Positions 29,371 to 41,800 of a stretch of 64,000 nt of DNA are shown piece by piece. The first letter of the stretch is position 1. Each line of letters begins with the position of its first letter. Both the position numbers and the translations under genes were made by a program. Origin of the DNA: Octopus vulgaris (taxonomy: Eukaryota); the NCBI GenBank assembly GCA_951406725.2, contig OX597826.1, positions 14,446,001-14,510,000 on the forward strand. The letters are read 5' to 3'. The notes beneath the pieces were generated by a model. It had not been told where the DNA came from. It did not search any database and saw only the letters and a list, made by a program, of their open reading frames with translations.

Positions 29371-29400
29371 TTATACATACACAGAAATATATATACACAG
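28998..29400. repeat. (CA)n/(TA)n compound microsatellite
   Basis: Direct reading. Confidence 0.95.
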
Positions 29401-30548
29401 ACTGAGAGATAGATTGATAGATAGATAAATTAGTTCTGTACATATATATATAACATGTACTATAAATCAATTCACCGACTGTAACAATATCTTTGACCAA
29501 GATGTCTTGCCTGGAAGGAAGTAATATCTAAAAATATATATACCTCACTCAAAATAAATCAAATTAAGAACAGTTTATGGAATAAAGTGATAGACCAAAC
29601 GAAGAGGAAATGTTCAAATGTTCGCTTCTGTTTGTGTTGCAATGTTATATTCATTAATCTCGTTCTACATTCATTTATTTGTGATTCATATATTTTTTTA
29701 CTTCAAATAAGAAATCTAAATTCGTCGGCAGTCAATCACTGCCTAATACGTTTTCTCTTTAAACTGTCTTCACTTTCCTTAAAACACGACATGATGATCG
29801 CATAGCCAAAAGTATCAAAGTTGCTTTATAGCCTATGCAGACATCTATGTGGATACTTATGTAAATATGCATATATGTTTATATATCAGCATGTTTGTTC
29901 TAAGTGTATTTAATACACCCCCCCCCAAACACACACTTTTCTATTCTAGGCAGAAGGCCCGAATTTCTGGGGGCGGGGAACAGTCGATTAGGTCGTCCCC
30001 AGTACGCAACTAGTACTTCATCTATCGACCCCGAAAGGATGAAACGCCTCGGCGCTGCGTCTTGCAAACTTTTCAATAGTGTTGACTATTGGAAATTTTG
30101 CAAGAATGCAACGAAAAGAATAATGAAAAGGTTGCAAGACGCAACGAAAATTTTAGGAAAATATAAAAATTAGAAATAAGTGGAAATTTTACCGGGGAGT
30201 GTGTTACATTATAAGGCACAACAAGAAAATGACTCTTCCCAGACACAACAGAATATGCTTCAACACACGAACTCATATAAAGAATCTTGCAAACCAAATT
30301 CCAAATCTAAAAACGAAATATGCACATTTAGTTATTGGCTTATGAGCGTAGAGATCACAGCTGCTATGCATATTGGTTAGAGCGTGCAAACATCAGTCAC
30401 TTAATCAATAAATTTGCATTACATCTATTTTCAGTGAACCGCTGTTCTCTTGTAGATATAATTAATTACAGCAATTGAATTTTGAATTCATCGTCAATAA
30501 ATTGTTCTTTTTTTTCTCTTATTTTTTACAGATTAAAAGGAACCCATA

Positions 30549-30690
30549 ATGAGTGGCTTGAGTCCCTTCAGCTTGTTAATTTTTATTTTCATCTACTGTC
30601 TCACGGTGTATGCTGCTACAGCTATGAGCCTGGCTCAGGCATGTATGGAGTCACCCAGTATGTGCGAAAGTATCTCGCTTTCTCATTTAG
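30549..30690 (+). CDS. FMRFa: FMRFamide precursor, first coding exon (signal peptide plus Cys-pair propeptide)
   Basis: The ATG at 30549 opens MSGLSPFSLLIFIFIYCLTVYAATAMSLAQACMESPSMCESISLSHL, which has a hydrophobic signal core. A polypyrimidine tract and ttttttacAG acceptor end at 30531, and a strong donor AG|GTGAGT starts at 30691. The 142 coding nt give phase 1, matching the next exon (G+GT = Gly). LAQAC.ES resembles the squid/cuttlefish precursor as I recall it. Confidence 0.9.
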
Positions 30691-33664
30691 GTGAGTATCA
30701 TTTTCTGACCTTCCCTATGTTTTGTCTTTCCACAATCACAGAATTGATCAGTGAATTTACGTGTATACACACACACACACACACAGGCCACCAACACCAG
30801 CGTTCGTGAAATAGAGTGTGGTAGAAGTATGTGATTCACATACACGCACACAAGCACACATATACACACATGTATACACACACGCACAAACACACACACA
30901 CATATATAAATATGAATATGCACGTCTGTATGCATATATGTATATATATATATGTCTGTGTGTATCACTACTAACATCTAAAATGTATCTTCATTACTAA
31001 AGTGCATATACAATTCTCGTAAGCCGTTACACGTATATCTACATATATACACGGAGACATGTATACATTCTCGCTCAATCAGTAGAACACTTTTACTCAT
31101 ATACACATAGAGAGGCGCAGAAGCTGTTATATGATTTTCTTCATAACTTCTTTTCGGCTTCTCACCCATTGCGAAGAAGTTTTTGAAATTTGAACAATGA
31201 ACATGCCGGCTAATATCTTGCGAGTGAAATTGCTATGGTAGGCCTAAACTATATAGAACCCAGTCGTGTGAGTGTGCGTGTGTGTATGAGAGTGTGCGAT
31301 CGTTTGTGTATCTGTGTTCGTTGTGTGTTTGCGTGTGTTTGTATGTGTGCGCGTCCCCGACCATTTATTTTCATCACTCAGCAGATTGTGCTGTAGAATG
31401 TTGGCATCCAGGCTCTGGGAACGAAACCAAATCTGGTTGCGATTTGGAAAACCGCAATTTAGCGATGGATTGTATGGACAAACGCTTTAGACTAATATAA
31501 TAAATTAATCATCTTTTTACCAATGTCTCATCTAAGATGCACAGTTTGCAATTTAATTTAACTACGGAGCGATCTGCCAAGAAATCACTTTGGCTAGTGC
31601 TTCTCCGATAACACTACGAAACACAAGCGCTATTCTGTTGGCGATTACTTTTGTTGTCCTTGTTCTAGAAGTCAATATTGAGCTCTCTGCATATTTCTAA
31701 TTCTTTTTTTAATAATTAAATCGAATGTTATCTGCATGCTTACCGCTAGTTCACACGTGCCCCTGTTATATTTTACCCAGATGTTAGTTTGGATATAGAA
31801 GAAGAACATGATCTTGATGTTGATGAAATGAGAAACGTGTTTCTTAGAAGTCACCATAGGCGGTGACCCTCTGTAATTTAAGTACAAAAAAATTCGTTTG
31901 TGCTTTCTTTATCTAGATTCGTTTCCTCTTCTTTAACCATCGAAGATATAAGGTTTGGTCATGATGTTTTGGATTCTCATTGAATGTGTTCTTGCTAGAA
32001 CACCATCAATCTTTGTCATTCGATTGAATTTTCAAGAACGACTGAATATTGAGAACAGCTCTGTATGAGAATAGATGATCTCAAGAATCAAACATTTTCC
32101 AAAATTAACATGCTATTGAAGAAAATAACAGACATATGATTTGTAAAGAAGAAGAGAATCGCGGACATATGTTTTTGCCTAAATTGGTGTCATCCGCTCA
32201 GAGAAATCCCCTAACTTGTCTCCTACATAGACGTATACAGGAAGCGTAGAACATATGTTTGGCCTAGATAAGTTACCCAAAGATCACGGTATTCGTTTTG
32301 CAACGACGATGTATATATTTCATGGCATCTTGGGCAAATGTCATAAAGTATAGACAGAAATTGTGAAAATTGTGACAACCTTCTCTGGCGGGTTGTTAGT
32401 AGAATTCTGATTGATACACGCTGATTCGTCTTTAAAAATGATGTTATGGACATATATGCGTTATCATAACGAACACTTATATATGTATATAATTATATAT
32501 ATATGTATATGTACGTATGTATTTATGCATACGTTTACTCATATGCAGCCTTCCACTTTTTATATCCCCAAAGGTTTATCAATGTTATTCTCTTATTTAT
32601 AGATTTATATATGCGTAGTTCATGCGAGATATTCCCCAAAATTATGAATATATATACATACATACATATACATATATATATATACATATGTATTAGTATA
32701 TATATAGATATATAGATATATATTTATATATATGGAAAAAACGTCAAGATAGAAAATGCTAAAATAATTTTATAAAAACCATTTCAGTACTGGTTTCAGT
32801 CATTGAGACATTTTTAACTTTAAGTATGGAAAACAATTAAATTTAGAAAAATTTTAAATGCTTTTTTAAAAGAATATTTGTACAAGTGGCATTTTCCTTG
32901 TTTCTGCCTGTCTCTGTCTCTTGTAACTCTTGTAACATACCTGTCATACATATGACAAACAGAAATATTTTATTGCCATCAACACGTAACATAACATATA
33001 GTGTATTTGATCACTGGAATGATGACCAATTAAATGTTGTGGAAAAATCGAAATTGTGTTCATTGAATAATTTTGAAATTATTTATGCAGTTTAATGTAT
33101 GTTTTGTATTTAAACGACAACTGATTGCAATCTTAATTTGTGATTTGCTTCCAATATGATTTAATACATACTAGTTGTTTCTTTTTTATTTCCTTATTTA
33201 TATCTTGAAGATTTTGAAGAATTTTGGTTCTGTATTTCAATATTTATTGTTTTCCAATTCTCGTAGATCACTGTCGTGATAAATTTCGTTAAGATGCGAA
33301 TTCAAAATAAGACATGACTGCCGTGGCCCATGTACAAAGTATAATATTTAGTCCGTACTTCGAAATATCGGTGGTGCATTTATTAGAAATACACAATGAA
33401 TTATAATTGCGATACTAGACTTACAACTATAGCTATGTACAGTATGGTGAAACGAAGCAAAATGTGAAAGGATACGGAGAATAGTGGAACATTTTATGAA
33501 CGCAAGCAGCTGCAGCTCTGTTCTGTCGTGTGGAAAACACTGGCTAAGCTGTCAATTTGGTATGTATTCAGAGTGAATCATAATAAAATGATAAATCGAA
33601 ATATTAACTAAATCGGAGGATAGACAATATAGGGTCGTTCATAGGAACTTTCGTCCGTGAGTAG

Positions 33665-33726
<62 letters not shown>

Positions 33727-34000
33727 CATATATATATAATATAAATACATATACATATATATATATATTCATATATATATATATATATATATAATGAAAG
33801 ATATATAGTTAGATGGCTGGAAAGATACATATACAGATAGTATGAATTAAATGATAAATCGAAATATTAACTAAATCGATAGATCTACAATAGGGTCGTT
33901 CATAGGTACTTTCGTCCGTGATTACTAATGAGTATATATATATATATGTATGTATGTATGTATATATATACATACATATATATGTATGTAAATATATATA

Positions 34001-34091
<91 letters not shown>

Positions 34092-34968
34092 ATATATATA
34101 ATGAAAGATAGATAGTTAGATAGATGGAAAGATACATATAGAGATAGTTAGTATGAAAGAATTTCATGAGTTAAATGATAAATTGAAATATTAACTAAAT
34201 CGATAAATAGGCAATAACGTTGCTGATAGGTACTTTCGTCCGTGAGTAGTAATATAGATATCTATATGTGTTTATGTATATATATATATATATATATATA
34301 ATGAAAGATAGATAGCTAGATGGGTGGAAGGATAAATTTACAGATAGTATGAGAATTTCATTTAATCTCTAAGGTGCATCTACTCAAGCAAAGCGGGTAC
34401 ACTGTAATTTCAGTTATATAAATAATGATTCAGACTTAATCACATCAAAACCTGTAATCTGAAATAGACTTAATTTATTAGCTAATAATGTAGTATAATA
34501 TTAACCTAAGCCTCTCATTTCCGAAGGATATCTGTTAGGCGAAAGTGGTTTTGTAATATGTATTAATACGTAATATCTCAGTGTTGCGTGGATAAAGGTC
34601 ATAGTTGATCATAGAATTGTGAAACGAATTAGTTATAGCCCCGTAAATTATGATTCCATACTTCTTGAACGTTGTAGAACTAGTATTAATAACCTCAGTA
34701 TAAGTAGATAGGTCTTACATAGTTATGAATGTCGTAGTTGTAGTAGTATTCATAGAAGACAAAATATGAATGATACATTGTGAGATAGGGTAAGTTTATG
34801 CGATAACAGTATAGTAAAAAAAACATACTAATATTGCTAGTTAGAACAATGCCAATAGTAATGTCAGTTCTAATAATGCCAATAGTAATGTCAGTATTAA
34901 TAATGATGATGTTAATTGTGATTTGTGAGACAAATATTTAAGACTTCTTTTTCTTTATCTCTTTGCAG
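30691..34968 (+). other. FMRFamide phase-1 intron (GT-AG, 4278 nt)
   Basis: Canonical donor and acceptor; splicing joins the two exons in frame to give 316 aa. Confidence 0.88.
33586..34360 (+). repeat. Three tandem copies of a ~190-320 bp unit in the FMRFamide intron
   Basis: AAATGATAAATYGAAATATTAACTAAATCG...ACTTTCGTCCGTGA..(TA)n..ATAATGAAAGATA starts at 33586, 33849 and 34173. Unit length varies with the internal microsatellite. Confidence 0.9.
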
Positions 34969-35777
34969 GTTCTGAAGACGGATTAAAGAGCAAACGCTTT
35001 CTTCGTCCAGGAAGAGCTCTTTCTGGAGATGCTTTCTTGAGATTTGGTAAAAATGGTCTAAATTTACCATTTGAAGACAAACGATTCCTTCGATTTGGTA
35101 GAACTGATCGACAATTTGAAGATATGCTAAAGGAAGTTTTACAGAGAGCTGAAACCGTTGACAATAGACAAAAGAGATCCACTGACAACATTCCTCAAAG
35201 CTCAGTTCAAGATGACAGTTCGAAAATTACGAAGAGAAATGCTGATGCCAGTGAAAACGGAATGGACAAGAGATTTATGAAATTTGGTAAATCCGGTGAT
35301 CCTTACGTCAATGAATGGAGTGACAAGCGTTTCATGAGATTCGGTCGGGAACCTGACAAGCGATTCATGCGATTTGGAAAATCTGATGATAAACGATTCA
35401 TGCGCTTTGGTAGAAACCCAAGTGAACTTGAAGATAGAATCGAGGAAGGAAAACGCTTTATGAGATTTGGACGGGGCAATGATGAAGAAGAAAAACGGTT
35501 TATGAGGTTTGGACGTGATCCTGACAGTAAGTTAATGGGTTATGGTAATAGTGACGAAGAAAAACGCTTTATGCGCTTTGGTAGAATGTCAGATGAAGCT
35601 GATGCTCAAAAAAGGTTCATGAGATTTGGCCGAAGTGTTGATGATGACAAGGCGAACAGGTTGAAAAAATCAAACGATCAGCTTCGTACGATAAGAACGG
35701 GACGTAGCGTTGATGATAAAAAGGTGAACAGCGCTAATGGAGATGCGTACCTAAGAATCGGACAAAGTGATGAATAA
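34969..35777 (+). CDS. FMRFa: FMRFamide precursor, peptide-coding exon
   Basis: Acceptor cttctttttctttatctctttgcAG ends at 34968. The frame reads (G)SEDGLKSKRFLRPGRALSGDAFLRFGK... to TAA at 35775-35777. It holds 7 KR-FMRF-G-K/R units, KR-FLRF-GR, ALSGDAFLRF-GK, acidic spacers and a furin-type RQKR site at 35166-35177. Confidence 0.98.
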
Positions 35778-36158
35778 GATGTTGGTACGTTGAGCAGGCT
35801 GACGGGATCCGTCCCATGTTTGGAAATAAGAAAGACAACTTTTTTCAAATCAAATAACTGCAGTAACAACAACAAGAAGCAACATCAACAAGAATATGAG
35901 TAGGAAAAAATAGAATATCAAATCAACAACAACAACAACAACAATAACAATCAGATTTTGTGATCATATCTTGAACGTTGTGTTTACATCTATCATAAAA
36001 CATCTGTTGGAGAGTAACGAACTGCTTGTTTAGGAGGAAACATTTTGATTTCTATATGACCAGTTCTAATTGAAAAGAAAGAAGGACATTAAAAATTCAT
36101 CAACAACTCAACTCTCTTATGGTGGTAGTTGGTATATCTCTCTATATTGTACAATTTA

Positions 36159-36164
36159 AATAAA
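36159..36164 (+). terminator. Candidate polyadenylation signal of FMRFamide
   Basis: First AATAAA I found after the stop codon, about 380 nt downstream. ATTAAA variants also occur (e.g. 36088). Confidence 0.4.
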
Positions 36165-37421
36165 ACTGGATCGATAGTTCCTCGTCGTATCCAGAAATTC
36201 AGGACTTATACCAGCCTTCAATGTAGAGCTTTTTCAGCATGCTTCATCACTATGTGTATATATGTATATGTGTATATGTGTTTATGTATACATTTGTCGA
36301 AAAACCCCACTCTATATATACAACTGTATATTTACGTTCGTGGTTATGTATGTGCATGTATGTTATATATATATATATATATTTATATATGTACATGCTA
36401 TCATATATGTGCACTAGTTTGCATACATAACCCTCTCACATATGCATCAATATGCATCACAGACAAACATATAAATATATATACATAGAAAAGAACCACC
36501 AAATAGAGTGAGTTTGATGAAATGGTTTTATGAAAATTAAATGTAAATTTTGTGGAGAATTAAAATTTTATTATATATCCTTCACGAGATTTCAGATTTA
36601 CTTAACCAACTTAATGTACGTATTCTAATTAAACAATAATTATTTGCTGCCAAATGTATTTCTTACTTCAAATGTAGTTGAATGCTTTGTTGTTGTTATA
36701 TACTGACAAAATTGCTGGTGGTAAATCTTCATATTTAAACTCTTTTTGATTCTTTAATTCCTACGTATAAAATATCCGATAGAGTTTGGTGAAACATGGC
36801 TGTAATCAGAGATCAGGTCTCCGAAAGAATTGTTATTTCTGGGGTCAACCAGTGGCTATTTATTTATTAGATAAATGAACTGATATTTATATCTAGTATT
36901 TTTACATATTTTCCATGTCATGAACTGTGGCGTAGCAAAAGAGAGTAACAAGAGTGTCAGGCTTCTAACAATAGTACACTATTATATCGGTTGATTTATT
37001 TACGACTGTAGACCTTGCGACTAATCTTTCAAAATGTTGTAGCCGATTATAACAATTATACAATTTAATTGATGTTCATTTTATTGACACAGAAAATATG
37101 AACAACAAAGTCAAATGTGGCAGAAATTGAACTCAGAGCGTGAAGGGTTAAAACTAAATACCCTGTGATAGTTTGTTGGAAATTCTGACAACCTACAGCC
37201 ATTATATACATGAATGATTATTTCTTTCTATGATATGATCGGCCTAATATATCGGTGATAGTTATTGTCAATTATCATGGACAAAAGTAAGAACTACGAT
37301 CAGAACATATAGGACCAGCAGAGGGTTAAGTAAGCAACCTGTGCACACTATAGCTAAATAGAAGAAGATGATTGTCTTACTAGAAGTACAAGAGTTTCTA
37401 TACACACAGATGCGAGTGTAA

Positions 37422-37470
<49 letters not shown>

Positions 37471-37474
<4 letters not shown>

Positions 37475-37678
37475 CGTCACCGTGACCGACCAGGCTATCA
37501 GATGTTGTAACACATCGCTGGTCACAATGCGCTTCGCATTGTTTTAGCCTTCAAATGATGCCACCCCACTGGCTAAGCGAGAAGGCCAACAGAAGAAAGA
37601 GTGAGAGAAAATTGTGGCGAAAGAGTACAGGAGGGTTCGCCAACACCACCCTACCGGGGCCTCGAGGAGCTTTAGGTT
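37471..37678 (-). mobile_element. 5'-truncated SINE sharing the central domain of the 26613 family but with a different tail
   Basis: GAGTGAGAGAAAATTGTGGCGAAAGAGTACAG...GCCTCGAGGAGCTTTAGGT is the reverse complement of 26718-26800; 37471-37590 is unrelated to that SINE's tail. Confidence 0.8.
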
Positions 37679-38448
37679 AGGGTTTTATATACATATATAT
37701 ATATATATATATCCGTCGATTGTCGCAGGTGTTACGCATCTCCCCCACCCCCCTACGATAGGTGACAATCTGCGAAGTAGAATCAGTACTGCACTGTATA
37801 TGTTATCGTATAATCTTTTATAATTTGTATATATTTACTTCATCATAGATGCAAATCTGTTCCATGGTGGAGTCGACGTATGTTTAAGTAATAAACCACA
37901 ATAGGAGAACCATGATATGGCGAGCGATTACAGTATTGACAGATTGATAGGGAGAGAGGGAGGGGGAGAGAGGGAGATATTTATAATGGTTTTGTTTTTA
38001 TGTTGGCATGCTTGTAACATATTTTTCAACATATTTTTACTGTTTCAAACAGTTTATAATATCATAGTTTCAAACAGTTTATAACATTAATATGTTTATA
38101 CTGTTAAAATAAAATGTAACGGAATGATCTAGAAGTTTTTATCTGAAAACAAACGTTCTATTTTTTGAATCTCATAATTTGGAACAAATTATTTTTCTAA
38201 TGGACACAGGTTCGTGTGTCATATAGCTAGTTAGAGGTGATGGCCTCTTGGAGCTAAACAACGGCATCTTTAGTCCTATATTTATGGATTGCCATATTAG
38301 CTTGGCGATAACTGTTCATTTCCGGTACCGCTGCCGTAGTCTCCTTTAGAGAGACTTAGAAATAACAATATTTCTATTTGTCTAACAATTTTCAGTTAAT
38401 ATATGTCAGCAAAATATACCAATTTTAATGAAAAAATATATATATAGA

Positions 38449-38835
38449 AGGCAAACGTGGGTGTTTGGTAAGAAGCTTGCTTCCCAACTACATGGTTCCA
38501 GGTTCAGTCCCACTGCGTGGCACCTCGGGCAAGTGACTTCTTCTGAAGCCCCGGGCCGACCACAGCCCGAGTGGATTTAGTAGACGGAAATTGAAAGGAG
38601 CCCGTCGTATATGTATCTAATGACTGTGTATATATATATGTGTCTCTCTATATGTATATGTTCGTATATATATATATGTCTGTGTTTGTACCATCTACAA
38701 TCGCTTGACAACTGATGTTGGTGCGTTTACGTCCACGTAACTTAGCGGTTCGGCAAAAGAGACCGATCAAATAAGTACTAGATGCTCCACTATGGCTGCA
38801 GTCAAATGACTGAAACAAATAAAAGAATAAAAGAA
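38449..38835 (+). mobile_element. Same microsatellite-bearing SINE (duplicated copy at 62161-62655; partial copy at 50046-50212)
   Basis: Direct similarity to 9139-9535. Confidence 0.8.
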
Positions 38836-41800
38836 TATATGACTAATGCAGCACATGTCTGTTTCGTTAGTTTCCTGTAGTTAGTATACACCCTGACGCT
38901 TACGTACGTTGCTACAAGCCGGTGTCCCTTTTAATGACCCAATTCTATTTTAATATGCTGAATCCATAAACATTTAAAGAGGCTTGAGTATGTTGGGATA
39001 TCTATTAGTGGCTAAAATAAAAACGATAACAATTCAAAGAAATAAAGCAAAGGAAGAAAAAAATACCTTGGAACCAGATACGCCAGAAATACTAAATTCC
39101 AAATATTACCTTCTAAAGTCTCAGTTTCTCAACCAAAGCCTAATCATGAAAATAATGTAACTCATTTCTTTTGCTATTATTTGAAGTCAATGATATTAAT
39201 TCATATTTGATTTGTCCGTTACTATCATATTCAGTTAGAACCTTTAAAAAAACGCTGTTAACGCTATAGCACCATTATCATTAGTGTAATGAGCTAAACT
39301 TCTGACTTTGATGTGCTGTCTAGAAACTATTCTATAATAATTTAGTTCAGTTCTACAACGGTGAAATAATGAATTCGATGGCTTAAAATAAAGAAATTAA
39401 TTAGGATATATATGTAACGATGGTGAAAGGCTAATTTGAATCTTAAGCAATTCATTTGCGAAATATGTTTAATGACGTTGTTATTACTTTTGATTGCATG
39501 AATTACATAAAACTAATGAACGGTATGTCTTCCTTTGAATGCTTTGTTTGCATGAAATGTGTCTTGGATAATTCACCTTTGAAAAGCCCATCGTTCACTG
39601 ACGTCTACTTAGAACAGTAATTGTACATAGCGCTACAAGCGAATATTACAGTGACATTGCGTACGCTGCTGAGTTTGCGCCTCTCCTAAATACACATGGA
39701 TTTCACTGGACTCTTCAGTTGATGAGAAATCGCTCCAATACACTAGGACGTTTCAACTCTTTTGAACTCTCTGGTTTTTCCTATTTTTGATTTTTCTTAC
39801 TCTGCTATCTCGCAACCCGTACGTTGATACTTTGCCCTCTCTCTCTTTCCTTTCCTTTTCATTTTCGTCTTCTCTTCTTCATTTCTTCTCCATTTCACTC
39901 TGTTTCTTCCTTCTTTCTCCTTCTTTCTCTCCCAGTCTTTTTTTTATTTTTCCTCTCCTCTTGCTTCCTATATTTTTTCTAGTTATTTTTTTATTTTTCT
40001 TCTCCTCTTGCCCCTTGTATTTTTTTCTCCTCGATCCTTTTGAATTTTTTTCTTTTCACGCCTTTTGAATTTTTTGATCCTCTATATTCCGTACGTCATT
40101 ATTGTGCCCTACTCTACCCCATTTTTCTCCTTTTCCAATGTGCTGCTGCATGGTTTTGTGTGAATCTGTCTATTTGTGATGCAGCACAAGAACGTAATAC
40201 TGATTACGTTACATTATAATCTCATCTCAAGTATATGGATATTTTTTGGCCTATGAATGAAAGTATATATTTGGCATACGCACAGAAATATAGGGTGTAT
40301 ACCTCTGCACACAGCAATCTAATTTTACTGTCCATGGTTTAGACTGTTCATATTGACATGTCAGTGTAAAGCTTCCTGATTGTAGTATTTTGTCATAAAT
40401 AATATCACTCTGTATTTCAACTTACTGTTCCATCTCTAGTTTATCCTTCATGAAAGGTTTGTTCAGATAACACACCTGACATTTGTCATGAAGTTTCTTT
40501 TCTCCTCTAATTTCTGTCTTAAATTTGAGGGTAGTTTCACTAGATGTATAAGGTATTCAAACAATTTCTCCATCCAGTTCACCAATATCTTCAGCATATC
40601 TTTCGCTTGTGTATTTTCTTTCTGCGTTGCTGAATGTATCCACTTCGTCATAAAGATGATTGCTCAAAATCCACTCCAGGAAAATGTTGAAGGAAAACTA
40701 GGAAAAAATGGTATTTCTAAAATACTGCTGCTGCACTGAATCACCAATGATGCATTGTGCTTGTATTACTTTCGTTTTCATTAGGTGTAAACTTATTATA
40801 TAGCATGAGTTAACTTCTGGGATAGGAAAAATTTCACCATTGTGAGGCACCGCGCTTCATCTATTAAACGCCATCATGAATGGCGTCATGGTATTTTCAT
40901 ATAGAGTGCAGAGATGCAAAATATACTCAGCAGTGATTCTAATGTTATATAAGCTACAATGCACTCTGTCTAAGATCTGTTATTTCTGAGTGACGCTGAG
41001 CTTTACTGAGACATGTCAGATCTCACAGAATAGTTATAAGGATGTCTACTGTGGCTTTTATTCATCGCTCAGGGTTTTAAAAAAATCTTGTATCTGAGCA
41101 TATGGAGGTTTCCCGAATGTTCAGCACATTTAAATCACCAACTTTCTATTAGTGCCATAGTTTTGAGTGCACTGTGTCCAGTTTTTCTTTATTACAGTAA
41201 GAATTTTTTCTTTATTTTTAATCATGTTTTTGTTCCGATGTGTTGTCTTTAGGGAAGCCTGTTACCAGTTCAAACGCTTCTTGTGTTCTACTGGAATGGC
41301 TATTTTCAGTTTTCATTATATTGTAAAGCAAATCATTTTTGCTGTAGTTCCATATTTTCTTTCGATATCTAATTGTCGTTTTTCTTTCTCTTGTTACATT
41401 TTTATTGCCTCTGTTGACTCATCTATCCTACATCTTGTTTATAGCTCTTGGCATAAACCTACAACGTCTTTTCACCAGATCTTCACTCACCTTCTCAGTC
41501 CTCATAGTGTTTTAAATCGTTTGCAACGAACACTTCGTTAACTTGGAGGGGATTTAATGGTGCAAATGTCTTCCAAAGTGTTACATGAAATTCTTTAGGA
41601 TATATTGTAAATACATACCGACAAAATTTCCTTATGCCTGCCTGAAATTCATCAAGACAAGGTTAAGATCACTACCTGTATCTGTTCGTTTCAATATTTT
41701 TGTCATTTGTATTTACACACGTTTGTTTGCATCATAGTACAAAAGTATAGTCTACCTTGTGGTGTGATCGATTAGGAGTATGCTAAGTCTACCTTTTGGA

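Noticed and set aside
33586-34360. CRISPR-like repeat-spacer array
   Set aside because: Eukaryotic intron; the units are long and the variable parts are microsatellites; no cas genes.
35037-35039. ORF-track start MRFGK for the precursor
   Set aside because: The codon is an internal TTG (Leu). The frame extends to the acceptor at 34968, and the real ATG is at 30549.
40440-41560. Possible gene or DNA-transposon remnant
   Set aside because: Only short ORFs with no motif I can name.
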